DNA of 63,803 bases, counting the filler, from Collodictyon triciliatum (taxonomy: Eukaryota), in assembly GCA_043381765.1 (NCBI GenBank). It is 8 parts of 8 records of this genome, joined end to end, with 100 filler letters (N's around TTAATTAATTAA, not from the genome) between each part and the next. Parts side by side here need not be neighbours in the genome. Positions count along the whole stretch, not along the records: positions 7,995 to 15,890 come from JBHJMP010003687.1; positions 15,991 to 23,881 come from JBHJMP010003688.1; positions 23,982 to 31,871 come from JBHJMP010003692.1; 5 more parts are not named here. One strand, 5' to 3'. This document shows, piece by piece, positions 13,082-27,900 of this stretch; the first letter of the stretch is position 1; each line of letters begins with the position of its first letter. Under the pieces are notes generated by a model that searched no databases, was not told the DNA's origin, and saw only the letters and a program-made list of their open reading frames with translations. Made by a program: the position numbers and the translations under genes.

Positions 13082-15224
13082 TTAAGCGTTCATGATTGAC
13101 AGGATTGTTCCTAGGATAGCAACAAAAATGCCAAAGAATAGCATGAAAAGGTCTGGGAATCGCTTCCAGCTCATCAGTGGGATTTGTGGCGTCAGCTTGA
13201 TATAGAACAGCGACGGGAAGACGAAACTGATGAAAGACGTGACAGATGAGCCAGTAAAATTGAAAATCAGTTCGATATTTGGAAGCAGAAGTGCCATAGT
13301 GAATGCAGCGGCTGTAGCGAAAAAAAAAAAGAGTGTTAGTTCATTACAAGAAAGCAAATAAACAAGTAAATTAGAGTGTTAAACACAAAAGGGAAATAAA
13401 CCTGTGATTCCCAGTGTGATGAATGTATGAGACCTCCATGTGAATGGTTGGTCAGGAAGGAAAATACCGCGCAAGCATTCTCTGCATGGGAAAAGCAGCA
13501 AAGGGTACGAAAATATCAGGATTGTGGACACAAAAATGCGGGCTACGACAACAGCCGGATCATCTTCGCTCTTCGGTCAGAGAAGGGGAGCATCATCATT
13601 ACCCACAAGATAGATTTTTGCGTAGGTATACAATAAATAATCAAACATTTAGAAAAAAAACATATATACGGCAAAAATAAATTCAAAAAAAGCTTTGAGA
13701 TTGAATGCAATACATTACAGCAAAATTATGTCGTTTCTTTTTTCTTTTGACTAAATTTGATACAAATTTATATTCCTGAAGGAGATAATTGCTTTACATA
13801 GCTGTCCAAGATATTCGGTTCAACATCGTCATAGTAGGTAAGGTAACCAAAGCTCCCGACAAGCAGATATAGACAAGCACAAATCCAGACGGATGCATGA
13901 TTAATTGTACTGAGACGCCCAAATGTTGGTGTTTCCAGTTCACGGACAATCGGGAAAATATTAAATTGGCAACACAACGACAAGCTGATGACGGGTATGG
14001 CCTAGGTGATGACAAAGGAAACGATGACAACCAAGTCAAGAGCTATGTAATGAATCATATTTTATTATACTCATTATGCAGATAAAAATGCGAATAAGAA
14101 ATTGAACAACTTACAGTAACCAAATCAATACTAGCGTTCACAGGCTCAAACTTCCCGTCCGTCTCGATTGAAAAAGACTTCACGATGACCAAGATGACCA
14201 AATAAATGATGGCAACAAGGGCAACAGTGGATGTATGTCTCAAGGAATTCAAATCGCGCATCATGGAGAGAGGGAACACGATAATCCATGTTATAAGCGT
14301 GAGAAGAAGCCTGCGGTTGCTCCCAGTCGAATCGTCATTTGTAATCAGCCCCATGACAGACGGAACAAGGTCACCGACGATGATAAGATAGGCCACGCAA
14401 ACACCGAAGGTCTGAAAAATCAAACAGCTATCTAGAAAATGTGCCATGCGGCGTCCGTACGTCTCGTATGCTAGATCTTGATAGCTGGTCTTGCCTGTCA
14501 AGCGGCAACAGTGAACAAGATTCGACAAGGAACGGTCCATCAAGATAGCAACACCGAAAAGAAGGAACCAACTCATAAACAGACCACCATTCTGGATTAC
14601 GAAATGAAAAGATATGATAAGATTGCTCGATTTAACACAAGTATATATTACACATGTGTTTTTTATTTTATTTTGTTCCCTGGACGATTTTTTTTTTGTA
14701 TTACCTTGAAGGCATTTGGGAGTCCAAGGACACCAGCACCTATGCATAGTTTTCTTTGGGTTAGAGTTGGACTGAAGCGTGGCGGAAACTAAACTAAACT
14801 AAGATAAACAAGCATAAAAATAACATAAAACATGCAGCCTAAAAGGTACGCAGGAGATATTTAATAAGACTAAAGAATTCAAAATTAGATAATTACTGAT
14901 AATGAAATATCATGAAAAATAGAGGAATTGAGGCAAACCGATGATTGTGTTGCACAGATTGAAGATAGAACCGGATATGTTTGCTGTGGGAGTTTTTCCA
15001 AACAGAGGAGAGGCCGGACCTTCGTAGTTCTTGAAAATATGGTCCAGGTCATCCACCGACTGACGAGGAAGCAGCTCAGCACCGGTGGTGTTTGGGGTGG
15101 AAGGGAGCAGCATTTCCAAATAAGCGGCAAGTTGTTGCCTAGCCAAAAATCTACGCAGAATACCACCATCAGAAGAGCTCTCAAGTGCTCTTCTATTTTG
15201 CGCACAGAATTCGCCGAGAAGCAT
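13082..15224 (-). CDS. Amino-acid transporter (SLC38/AVT, Aa_trans family), multi-exon; 5' end possibly further upstream or missing
   Basis: SIFNLCNTIIG/AGVLGLPNAF, SYQDLAYETYG, FGVCVAYLIIVGD, PLSMMRDLNSLRHTS, CCQFNIFPIVREL, GSFGYLTY, FPLLLFPCR, ISFVFPSLFYIKL. Confidence 0.9.
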
Positions 15225-15890
15225 TCATAATAATTGAATAGGTGCTCATAACCCCTTGCAAATCCACAAAATGAAGTATTTTTTTCTTCAATTAAGCACA
15301 TCCATTGTTGAAAGCATAGATTGCGATACTATGAGGTTGTTGGGTGTGGAGGTATTTTGAGCTGTACTTGAAGAAAACAGGCCAGCTTGCCGACCATTGT
15401 GGGAATATTAATGGCTTCAAAATGTACAGCTTATCGAAATGCAGTTCTGATAATTGATTTTCCTGCCTTATTGTACTAAAATTATTTTCGTCGCGTCGGA
15501 TGGGAATAAATACGTTGTTTCACATCATTTTGACAGAAAATACGAAATTGAAATAAATGCCATGGGTTATTTCAGACAAGTGAACGGGCAAAGGTAGCGA
15601 TATTAGGTTTCAAGAATAACAGTTCTCAAAATGCTCCGTTCTCATGAATATATGATTAAAAGTCCAGAATTGTTTTGTTTATTCAAAATGAAAAATGTTA
15701 ATGAATGAACTATGACTAGATATATATGAGTTATTCAAAGAGAATACATGAAGATGAAAAGCTTTTGTGTATTAAAAAAAAATCATTCCTTCCAAAAGCC
15801 AGCTGTGGAATGCATACAATCAATTTCATTTCGCATTCAGTCGCAGCCATCTAATTCCTCCAGGAAAATACATAGTAATTACGAAGAACT

Positions 15891-15990
15891 NNNNNNNNNN
15901 NNNNNNNNNNNNNNNNNNNNNNNNNNNNNNNNNNTTAATTAATTAANNNNNNNNNNNNNNNNNNNNNNNNNNNNNNNNNNNNNNNNNNNN
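15891..15990. other. Artificial contig-joining linker
   Basis: N-run, TTAATTAATTAA, N-run. Confidence 0.98.
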
Positions 15991-16161
15991 TCATTTTCAT
16001 TTTCATTTTCATTTTCATTTTCATTTTCATTTTCATTTTCATTTTCATTTTCATTTTCATTTTCATTTTCATTTTCATTTTCATTTTCACTTTCATTTTC
16101 ATTTTCATTTTCATTTTCATTTTCACTTTCATTTTCACTTTCATTTTCACTTTCATTTTCA
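15991..16161. repeat. (TTTTCA)n microsatellite at contig start
   Basis: Tandem hexamer. Confidence 0.95.
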
Positions 16162-16239
16162 TGCCTTATATTCTTTCTGTTTTCTTTTCTCACTTCTGAA
16201 CTTGAACACGTTTTTCAAAAAATACCCTACTGGTTGCAG

Positions 16240-18875
16240 GACCTAAAAGACAGACTTGCTCTGAAAGTGGAGGAGTGTAAAGAACAGGTATTCTTTCTCG
16301 CTTTTATTTCCACGCTTTCATTTTTATGTGAATAGTTTAGTGTCATTGGGCGTGCAGTTGAGGAAATAACTCAGATATCTACTAATCTACTTTATGCTTT
16401 CATTTATTTTATTTTTTGCTTAAGAAAATAGAGATCGAGGAACTCAATAACGTGATAAGTGATTTGAAGAGAAAGATGAAGCTGACCGAACAAATGAATA
16501 AGTCCAAAGTATAAATAAATCACAACATCCCATCATTATTTTTTCGATTGTCTTGAATGAAATGCCGTAGATGTATAAATACTTTGATAAATCTCATGGT
16601 CCATGTTGTAATATCGATTCATTCTGACATTAGACACACGGTTCAAAAAAGGGGATACATTTTGGCCTACAAAAAGAATTTTCCTTGGCAGATAAGGATG
16701 AATCCAAAACAAATACTGTACGAAAAAAAAAAAAAGAGCTCTGCAAAAAGAAGGAAAATATCATTTGAACTACTGTGTCCAATAGATACTCACATCATTA
16801 AATACATTCTATCGATTAAAATGATTAATTATTAAATACTTTCATAGGTGTTTGGAACGTCACCCCTAGATGGGGTATGCATAATTTTTTTTTGGATTTA
16901 ATGAAGAAATGATTGGCTTTTATACATAAATTTTATGGAAAGATGTTGCATCACTATTGCATTAAGAAAATATAAGCCTTATTTTTTCTTATAAAATTTC
17001 CTTTATTTTGTAGTTTAAATCGAAATCAATAACTATTCAATAAAGAATGTCGCAGAAACTAAAGCAAAGTTAAAAGCCGAGGAAGATAACCTTCGCATCA
17101 AACTGCAATTCTTGGAATCAAAGGCACTGGAGTTGCTCGAGAGAGAGCACCACCTATCAATTATGGAAACGAATATGAAAGAGACAAAAGTACCAGTTGC
17201 AGACAAGGATGAAAAAGAACACGGCTCCATTGCCTTTCAGGTATGCAAAAAAAAAAAGTAAAATTTCTAAATAGTCTAATAATGAAAAAAAAAAAGGAAA
17301 TTTATTTACTAAGTTCGATTAATGTCTCTAATTCGATTTCTATTTGATTAATTCCACCACTTGATCGTAAATGAACCAAATTACAATCAGAAGAGCACCC
17401 AGGGACATACAACGGATATGGACCAACAACAAGAGAATGAGAACAAAGCAGCAGTTATATTATCCCTTCGAGAGTACTTACTTTATTTGAATATAATCAC
17501 CTTATATTTGTCTTGTAGCATTTGACACACGAATTTATCAAAGTTAAAAGCCATAAATAAAGACAGAATAGACACCTTCAAGCCGAAATTGAGGAACTTA
17601 AGAGGCAAAACAAAAACCTGCAACAGCAACTATCGAAGCGCCAAAGCCAAATAAGTGATATGCAGAGAACCTTGGAAGATGAAAAAACAAAGCGAAAAGC
17701 GCAAACGACGCAAAACATGTAATTTTACCATCAGATTGATATTCAAACCATAATTGAATAAATTGAATAAATCGGAAGGATTATTTTGGAAGAGCTTCGG
17801 AAATCAAAAGACTCGGTTATGCCAACAAGAACAGCCACATCAACGAATTCTATCGAGGAAAAGGAAGACAAGGAGGAAAATTACGATGTTGATACACCAA
17901 AGGTTACGATGGGCCTTTTTCATATCTGTTTTCATACGCACACTAAAACATATAAGTTTATGAACCTAAATCACGATTCTTTCTTTGTTATTATCTTTTC
18001 ACCAAATAGAATGCGCTCATGCGCAAATTAAGAGAGGAGCAAAAAAAGGTTGCATACTATAAAGAACAGGAAATGGTTTGGACTCGAACTCTTGAGAATG
18101 AGGTTGGTCTTCAGATTTTTTTCATTCTAAAATAAAGTCTCACAGTCAATTAATACAAATAATCTGCATTATCTGTAACAAAAAAAGGATGAAAAAAGAG
18201 CATGTTGCTTTATTCTGTATTCGACTCTATCTTTATGGGGGGACAGTCTCGAACAAACAACAATGCCAGCTATTTGATATTTTATGAAGTGCCAATAAAT
18301 GAATTATTTTTGATTCAATACCACAGATGCAAACAAGAGCTACTTTGGAAAGAAATCTAATTTCTCTAACCAGTGGTAAAAATGTTCCAGAAAGATATCA
18401 CTTTCGCGACTCACAACCAATCTGTGAAAAGGAGAATATTTTGAAGCCACACAGCAGAGTCTATTCAACACAGCCGCCCTTCAGTAGCGATGGTTGCGAA
18501 AGAGGCCAAAGTTCATCACCACCAATCCATGCGCATGGTCGCCGTTGGGACGCCTTTCACATCGACCAGACATTTGACATGCGTGCTATATCACCGTCAC
18601 AAAAGTACTCACAGCAAAGAGTCCGGTCTTCTCCCACAGACAAGTTTGACGAAAGCAGCTCATTTAACAAACCCTCATCACTCTCTGACTTCATGAAGCC
18701 CCAGCTAAGGCCGTTTCCGTCAGAGATATCGGGTATATCTTCAGTCTCGACATACGGACCGCATTACCCGAGCGCGATTGCGTCGGAGAGTACAGAAACG
18801 TATGAAGACAAAGGGAAAGTTTTCTGGATGATTGATGAGCTCCGAAGACATGTCCAGCATTCGTTCGCTGAGTAG
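16240..18875 (+). CDS. Multi-exon coiled-coil protein with Ser/Pro-rich C-terminus (5' end missing), function unknown
   Basis: Exons DLKDRLALKVEECKEQ, EIEELNNVISDLKRKMK, KAKLKAEEDNLRIKLQFLE and QAEIEELKRQNKNLQQQL; final exon 18327-18875. Confidence 0.65.
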
Positions 18876-19286
18876 ATGGACTGATAACATGTCATAAGGC
18901 TTTTTCGTAGTTTTCTTCTGGCTTCATCTAGACCCAATTAAAACATATCGCAATCTATTATGTTTCTCTCCTTCTCTCTATTTTTTTTGACAAATTAAAA
19001 TTTAAGAGCCTTCCATAATCCTCCTTGTCTCAAATGGGACTTATGTAATCATATCTTCATGGTACTTTACAAAAGTCCCAAAATAAATACCATTATTACA
19101 AAAAATAATAATAATAAAAGAATTAAAATAACCCAAGGTGACTGCTAAACTACCCACACAGTAAAAAAAGAGCCGAAAAGCGGGGATATCAATGTCTCTT
19201 CTTCCGTAGGAAATGAAACTTCATGCCAACAAATGTCTTTATTGATGAAAAGCCCTACGGACTATTTAATATCCACCAAGAAACAA

Positions 19287-22200
19287 TCACCAAATCTTCA
19301 TAGAGTTTTCAAACAATCCAGCGAGCTCCTCCTCCCCTATAAACACACAATATTTTATTAAATAAGCAGTGTTTAACATGTCACATGTCTGTTTGGTACA
19401 TTATTCAAGAGAATTCAAGTATTTTTTTTCGGGTAGCCAGGGCTCCAAGAATTATGCCAACCAGCGGGTTTGGGAGAGAGCTTTGTGACACGATGTTGCG
19501 GCAGTGTTCCTTTGACGAGGTCCGGAATATCGTTCTTTGTGAAGCCGACGGCTTCGAGTCCGTTTGGAACCTTCAAGCGCTGCATGAATCGAATAACTTG
19601 CTCCGATAGAATCTCCCCAGCTGATTCTGCTGATGCACGTTCTATGTTGGCCCCTAAGGCATTAGCAGCCTCCAAGTGCCGCTGTTGCGCATAATGGAAA
19701 GTCAAACATGCATTTCTAAGTCAGACTGTTTTGGTACTTCACAAGGTAAAAATAACAGTCACACCAAAATAGAAATAATCGAATAGTGGCAATATTAAAA
19801 AAAAAAAAAAAACTAGAGGGGTTGCGAATTTTAATAATAGGGTGCATATGCTATCTTAATTGTGTATTTTGATTATGACTATGGGTGTGACTACTTTTTT
19901 ATTTACCTACGCAAGGGTTGGGAGCTGTATAAAGATTTTCACACTTTTTTTTTTAAAAAAAAATAGTAATATAGAGATATTGCAACGTACTGTTGGGTCT
20001 GTGGGTGCAGTGAATCGGAAAACTGCTGGTGCATGCAAAACGACTGAAATGCCGTGGGGAATCATCGCTAATCATACCGCCATATTATAGATATCATGTG
20101 AGACTTTTGGTGGGTAGCGTAATTTGGGTTTTGAGTCAAATTCCTTATTGCAAGAGATTAATAAATCTTCTGTGCAGTGATGAAATTTTTTCTGTTATTA
20201 CAGGCTATATAATTCATGCCACAAGTTTTTCTTACGCTCGTTGACCTGATAACCAGGAGGCATGTAGTCGCGGACACCACCGGAGACTGGATAGCTCATC
20301 CCATGGCTGAGAGACGGAAAAAGAAAATATGGTTTTTTTTTTAAATCTAAGTGCAAAGGGCATCCTAAAAAGAGATTGTTGAACGGTAATATTTATTATC
20401 TTTTCGTAAAGGAGCATACCACAAATGAACGCCAGCATTTCCAAAACCAATCTAGCGTGAAGGAAATATACTTATCAGTTATGCCCAAATAAGATAAGTG
20501 GATGGAAAGGCCTTTTTTCCCTTCAAAATTTTTTTAATCGAAATCCATAATCTTGAGAGAAAATATGAAAAAAAAGTTAAGAAACAATAATAAATACATC
20601 CAACAATCAAATATAGCTTCTCACAGCCTGCTACTTTGTATACAAAGGTCTTACGCCAGCAAAAGTCGCTGCAAGGAGCATATTCGAACGGGCTTCTTCA
20701 TCACTAGGGTCTTCCACAGCTCGGACAAAATACTTTTTCATCATCTCTAATGATTTCATGGACCTAAGACGAATTGCAGGTGAGAAGAGAAAGTTCTGTA
20801 CAACATAAATTTTTGGCTCGCTGAATATGTAGCATGAAAACAAGATGCAAAATTTCACCAATGATCTGATATGGGATTAGAGCCTTGATAAGCCGGTCTC
20901 AGCAGAGGGCGGGATGGGCGAGGCATTCGTTGATAGAAAGGAATCGCTGTGTATGACTCAAGCGCGTGGCACAGAACATCGAATCCTGTGTGGTGATAAA
21001 AAAAAAATAAAGAAAGTTACTCAATATGTTAAGTGGCCAAGTAGCCTACTCACACTTCACTACGATAATAGCATAAAAAGAACATGAGCGAAGAAGCAGC
21101 AAACACACCAGAGGCTGCAGCAACTTCCGGCGGGAGACTTTCAGTGTTTTCAGGGTCGATGATACCCAATCTACATATAGAAGAAAATCATGTTTGAAGG
21201 GGGAAAAAAAAAAGAATGAAGATGGAAACATTCGTAAGAGCCACATTTATAGATAATACAACACATAAGATACGCATTAGCATCCATGGTTTAGACATGT
21301 ATAACTAGTCATGGTCTAATTTTACTGAGTACATGTATATATTTCAATAAGGGAATACAAGAGAAGAAAAGAAAAGAGAAGAGAAGAGAAGAGAAGAGAA
21401 GAGAAGATAAGAGAAGAAAAGAAAAGAAAAGAATAGAAAAGAAAAGAAAAGAAAAGAAAAGAAAAGAAAAGAAAAGAGAAGAGAAGAGAAGAGAAGAGAA
21501 GAGAAGAGAAGAGAAGAGAAGAGAAGAGAAGAGAAGAGAAGAGAAGAGAAGAAGAGAAAAAGAGTAAAAGAGTAAAGAATAAAGAGAAACAAAGACTGAA
21601 ATACTGACTAATTTACGAATCATACGTTGGCTTCAAGTGGCGATGTGCAATGCCTGTTTTCGCCTTCAGCTCTAGAAAATCGAAGATGGCAGTCCCGGTT
21701 GCTTCGGACCCCGTGCCTGCAGTCGTTGGAATAGCTATAAGGGGTTTGCAGGGACCAGGGACAGGAAGACCCTTTCCAATCGGCGGGTTGACATAGTCTA
21801 GAAACGAGGCTGGATAAGACGTGTATAAGTTTGCCACTTTTGCTGTGTCCATGACCTGGACGATGAAGGAAATAACTGATTCATGTGTGCATTGGTTTGT
21901 TGGAGAGATGCAAATACAGATGACACTTGATAATGACAATGATGATGATTATTATATTGATGGTTTGATTTAATTGAGAAATAGCGCGCCGGAAAAGAAA
22001 GATATGAGCCATACAGAGCCACCACCGACAGCAATCACCGCATCAAAAGAGACTTTCTCGGCATATGCAATTGCGTCTTTGAACGAAATATCAGTAGGTT
22101 CAACACTTGCTCTGGAATAGGCGTAAGCGAGGATAAGAAAACAGAATAAAAGGAAAGAGAATAAAATATGACCATCGAGATGAATGCAACATTTAATAGA

Positions 22201-23410
22201 AGAAAAGTCCACATGATTAATAGGCTATGCAAAAGCTGTGTAATCATATAAACATACTTATCGTAAAGGGCATATTGAATTCTGTTTCTTTCCAAAGATT
22301 CTATCACAGTTCTTACCTAGAAATGATCGATAAGAAGTGCAATTATCTTTATAATTGCTATATAATAGAGATAAAATCTACTACATAGTAATCAATCCAT
22401 AATAAAGAGTTCATACAGGTTTCAGCTTGGACAAAACAGAATCTGTGACAACAAGCACTTTCTTGCACTTCCAGTCGACCATATCCAATCCAACCTACAA
22501 CCACATACAAAACAATCATTCATTATAGTCGATAAGATTAGAGCACTTTCAAAATGATATGAGAAGAGTTTAAAAACAGTATAGCATTGATATTTAATTG
22601 TTTTTACGATATTGTTTGTTCCTTTTCCTTTTCTCTTGTATGAACCCAATGGCATATGCAAAGTCTGGATGGTTCATTTTACCTCTGCAGTGACCCCTTT
22701 TCCAAAACGGATGCTGCTAGTTGCCATCTCGAATGCATATTCTGACATCTCCTATATAAATGAAATAATAGAAATAATAGAAATAATAGAAATAATAGAA
22801 ATAATAGAAATAATAGAAATAATAGAAATAATAGAAATAATAGAAATAATAGAAATAATAGAAATAATAGAAATAAAAATTAAAGAGGAATCTAAGAGAA
22901 TACCAGGTAAAACGAGAGATGAAATACTAAGTTAAAAATAATAGCCGGTCGACAAATACGCAATTACTCGTAAGAGTATGACGCGGCCCATACTTTGGTG
23001 TCCATATGAGCAGCCTGCGTCGATGTGTGGATGAGTCTGTGCCGAAAGACTCTTTGGACGGGTGGGATGATTGGCCGAGACTTGTCGAAGCGGCACTCTG
23101 GAGAGTGTGGCAAAACTGCACGGTCTGCGTTGTGGAACCAACTCACACGATCACCGCTTTGCAGGAAAGCCAGGTCGGCCTTTGGCTCTGATTGCTGGCC
23201 CGCATCCACGTCTGCATCCGCGAAAAACCCCGAGCCGAAGCCGAAGCCAACGCTGGCATTGGCCGAGTGGGAATCCTGTAAAGTGTGCGGCCGAAGCGCA
23301 GCAGCCAAAGGAAGAACAGACGATCCGTGACAAGGACAGTTCGGGCCGTGGCGGAGGAACGAGTGCATCACGCGGTGAATGCTTTCTGCCGAGCGCTTCG
23401 CCCCAGACAT
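19287..23410 (-). CDS. ADHFE1: Hydroxyacid-oxoacid transhydrogenase (Fe-ADH family), multi-exon, apparently complete
   Basis: [135 protein letters not shown]-terminal extension carries CPCH. Confidence 0.93.
21360..21590. repeat. (GAGAA)n/(GAAAA)n intronic microsatellite
   Basis: Tandem pentamers inside an ADHFE1 intron. Confidence 0.93.
22762..22875. repeat. (ATAATAGAA)n intronic repeat
   Basis: Tandem 9-mer inside an ADHFE1 intron. Confidence 0.93.
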
Positions 23411-23761
23411 GCTTGTGTCTTGTGTCTGTGTCTGTGGTGGACTTGACAAAAGCGTCGTGTTTGGGTAGGGCAGCTTACTTTTTGCTTTTCTTCTTATTGT
23501 CTTCACTTTTGAAATATTTTTATCATTATCATTATTATTGCTGTTTTTTTTTTTATTTTATTTATTTATTCGTATTTGTATTTATATTTGTGACAGATCA
23601 TTGCCGACTGTTTTTTCTGGCTTCCGAAGCGTCGTCTGATTGCTTCTTGGGCAAAGAGAGTCGACCTGCTAAATGTCAGATGGAATGTTTTCGCGCTTTT
23701 TTCATTTCTGCCTCATTAACTGGTATTTCGAAATCGAAGCACGCTTCGAAAAGTCTGGTAT

Positions 23762-23881
23762 TAAACAAATAAACAAATAAACAAATAAACAAGTAAACAA
23801 GTAAACAAGTAAACAAGTAAACAAGTAAACAAGTAAACAAGTAAACAAGTAAACAAGTAAACAAGTAAACAAGTAAACAAG
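23762..23881. repeat. (GTAAACAA)n at contig end
   Basis: Tandem octamer. Confidence 0.93.
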
Positions 23882-23981
23882 NNNNNNNNNNNNNNNNNNN
23901 NNNNNNNNNNNNNNNNNNNNNNNNNTTAATTAATTAANNNNNNNNNNNNNNNNNNNNNNNNNNNNNNNNNNNNNNNNNNNN
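23882..23981. other. Artificial contig-joining linker
   Basis: N-run, TTAATTAATTAA, N-run. Confidence 0.98.
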
Positions 23982-24088
23982 TATTATTATTATTGTTATT
24001 ATTATTATTGTTATTATTATTATTGTTATTATTATTGTTATTATTATTATTGTTATTATTATTATTGTTATTATTATTGTTATTATTA

Positions 24089-24132
<44 letters not shown>

Positions 24133-24204
24133 GTTATTATTATTGTTATTATTATTGTTATTATTATTGTTTTTATTATTGTTGTTATCATACTCTATTT
24201 TTAG

Positions 24205-24754
24205 ATGTGAAATCTACACCAGGCTCATCGTGGATTCCCATCCAACCAAAAGAACTAACCCTGCAATTCCTTCACAAGTAAGCTGATAAGTCTGATAAAA
24301 CCCTTCAAGTACTTCTACATACAATCTGCAACACAAAATCTATAGCATAAGCTTGTGCCATTAAACGCCGATGAGAAATCTAGGGGTTTGATAAACTATG
24401 TCCTTGGTGTCAGCTGCGCCTCACGGGTTGAAGATGTAAACAATGTCCACGTTTCTGGGTTTGTCAAGATGTAAGTACACGATAAGCACTATTCAACTAT
24501 CCTGACATCATAACATGTCATGTAAACAAGTTTATTTGATTAAGATGGAGCTATTTCATTGTTTGTTTATTTTTTGTACTCGTTTGTTGTACCGTGAAAG
24601 AAATAGATTTATTACCTCATATCATGACGACTCTCATTCTCAACGTAGTTTGGATGTAAATACGGAGAACTCCACAATCACTCTGCTCAAGCTTGGTGCC
24701 GACCCGCTAAAATCGAACTTGTTTATAATCGGCTCACTGATTCACTTTCCGTAG
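24205..24754 (+). CDS. CLP1-like polynucleotide kinase, C-terminal three exons
   Basis: Spliced LINYVLGVSCASRVEDVNNVHVSGFVK...LDVNTENSTITLLKLGADPLKSNLFIIGSLIHFP* resembles the Clp1 C-terminal domain (HHLLSVS...VAGFIVVT..D......TVLSP...LP...L). The kinase domain is outside the contig. Confidence 0.6.
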
Positions 24755-24970
24755 ACAAGTGTGGACTCACTCTCCTCGCATCTTAAAGCGTCTTTCAATC
24801 ACAAGGCAAGATTTATTTCCATTTGGCATGCAGTATTCTTTTGTTCTTTTATTTCTTTTTCGCCGTTAAAATCATGGAGCGGCTCGATGCTTGATAAGTA
24901 CAGTAAATATCTCAGTATAAAAGAAAATGAATCGTATTGGTTGCTGGTTTCTAATTATAATGTGATATAA

Positions 24971-27900
24971 CTACGCGTCAATCTCTTCCAGTGTGATGGT
25001 TTCATGAGAGGCAGAATCTGAAATTGATGGGGCTGCCCCCTTCTCGATATTTTTTTCTGGTTCATTCTCAGCTTCGTCGCCATCCACCTCGATGGTGATA
25101 GCGGCAGGCTTTTCAACATAATGCGCAGAGGGTTCTTCCATCCAATCAACAAACTTCATAAAAATTTTCCAAATATCCCGAACAGGCTCTGCATAGTATT
25201 GCCGACCGTCTGACCCGATGTGTAGGTCGAACTCAAACTCTCCGTTACCTTCGAGTGATTGTCTGACTTGGTCACTGACCTAATATATTACGAAATACGA
25301 TTTTCGGTTGTAGAGTGACCGATGAATCCAATCCCATTATTTTGGTTGGGAGGACAGATATGTAGTGAGCTTCAATCGCCCAAAAGTATGCTCAAGTACG
25401 AATAGCAACGTAACTGTATGTCTGTTAATCTTGATTGAGCTACGAATTATGAGAAAAATACCCGAGTTCGCCCTGGAACACAATTCTTCTGAAGGTAATA
25501 CGCATGGTTAACTACATTTTGAATATGGTTTGTGAGTTGGAGAAAGGGTTGTATTTGGAAGAATGGATTTATAACCTGTTTCACCCCAAATGTCGAATGA
25601 GAACCGACTCTTTCCTACACAAGGGTTTTAGGGCTTCGAGGCACGAAGAGCATATGCAGATGTGGTTGATGAGTATAAATGAAATGAAAGACATATGAAA
25701 TCAGCGTCACCAATAACTCCGCCCATACAGGGCCCTGTATTCACTGCTACACGAAAGCATATCTCTGGTGAATCCTTATCATTTATAAGTACTGCACCCG
25801 CATGAAGCTGTGAAAAACACCGTAATTTTACCAATCATAGTTTTATTTGATCGAAATAAGATGTTTTTTTTTTTTTGAAAATGACGATAAAAAAATCAGA
25901 CTTCAAACCTCGTGAGCAAAATGCAGGATTCTTTCTGTGTCATTCACCTCTGCTCCCCGAACACCAGCTACTACCTTAAAAACATTTTTAATCAAAAGAA
26001 AAAAGCACGCATCGCACATCATTCAATCGAAGGAAATAAAAGCGTTCCACTCAATTTGAAAACTTTATTTGAGAATTTGTATAATGGATTATTTTTTTCG
26101 TTTTCCAAAAAGGAACAATTACGATGTATGTATCACCACAGCTTTTGATAAATTCGACATTGTGCCTATCGCATGTTTCCTCAATTAAGTTCATTATATC
26201 TACAAAAGAGGCGGCAATTAAAAATAAATGTGTGTTTTGTACGTATTATATGCTCGAAATCCTATCATATATTGTTCGGTTTTGGGCGACTTACTTGAAG
26301 TATGCATTATGATGTCCTTAGGAAGGCAATTCTTTGTAGTTTTTGTGAAGGAGCATATATCAATATATGCAATTGTGATCTTTTTGTAGTATTCAGCTTT
26401 AGTTACTTGATGTTCTTTTAATTTTGAATATATCGTAGGAGTGATTGCAGACATCAGAACAGATTCGATGATGTTCTGTCTCTCAGATATGGCGTTCATT
26501 TCCTATTGAATTGGAATTATTTCTTCAGGATTCGAGAGGGAGACATAATCAAAATTTAGATATTAAAGTTGGTATGTGATATTGAACCCTTCAGAAAGAG
26601 ATCAAGGATTCATTTTAATTAACTTACAAATTTTGTTCTCAGTCTCAGTCGAAGCTCTTCGGCTAATAAAAGATTTTTGTAGATACATGTTATTGCAAAT
26701 ATCCCCAAAGCTGGTGTCACAACCATGATAAAATAGCTTGCACCTCCAAGAAAATCTGGATTTATTCTAAATGTGCATCAGTATCAACGACAGAGCATAA
26801 TTTACAAGTAGGATTGTTTTATTTAAATAAACAAAAAAACGCGATGATATTTTAAGGTTCTCTTAGAGAAGTTATGAATATCTAACCCGGTATTTTCTTT
26901 GAGATAGAGCGTACACACGCCAAAATAGGTGTACCAACCAAAGAAAACAAACATGCTTCTTTTGATTGATGTCATTGGACATGAGACGTACAAAATCATC
27001 CAAGTAAATCCTTCGCTGATGATGAACATGACATCATACGATTGGATATGTTGCACTTGTCCATGAGACAAATACAATATGGTTTTGGTAAAGATAAACG
27101 ATGCATAGACCAACATCTGAGTAAAAGGTACTAAATGTGCTACTTTTGTATGCAAAGGATTATCAAATGTGGCATCCCACAAAAAGTGGTAGGCTTTGTA
27201 GAGAAAAAGAATCAAAGGTCCAACCACGAAAAACCTTAAAAATTCTATCACAAACTCTACACTTGAACCTGATGAGCAAGGAAAAAATAAAATCCCTTCA
27301 AAAATTCCCCATAAAAAGAATGCAAGGACAACCCAGAACAAGTGGACTCTACAGCACACAGTTATATTCATAGTCAAGATTGGTATTGATTGTAAATTGA
27401 TATGAGTACATATATATACATAATTAAAAAAAAATCACTTGGTCATTTCTGCCCTCTCTTTTCTCTGGCTATATGTATCCGAATTTTCCTCCTCGTCTTT
27501 TTCCAGCAGAGATTCATTAAGGGAATTTCCATTTATTTTGTTGTTACTCTGCAGTAAAAGTAGAAACGTAAGCAGCTAAAAGAAAAAACGAAAAGCACAA
27601 GATACCCTTCGGATGATTCAAAAATCCATCATATTAAAGTCATTCATGCCTCAACTTTTGTGCTCATCAAAGCGGATGGGTACTGTGGCTGATTTGGAAG
27701 TGGGGCATTTCCTTTGGTCCCATGATTGTCTCCGCCCTCTAATATGACTTTGGAGATTGAATGTAGCTCGTAATGCTGGGCGCACTCACCAGAATGACAA
27801 GTAAAATCCATATACTCCTTTATTTAAAGAATTTGATTGAAAATTATCATAAAATAGAATCTAGAAACATAATTATCTAACCATGACATCAATTTATACA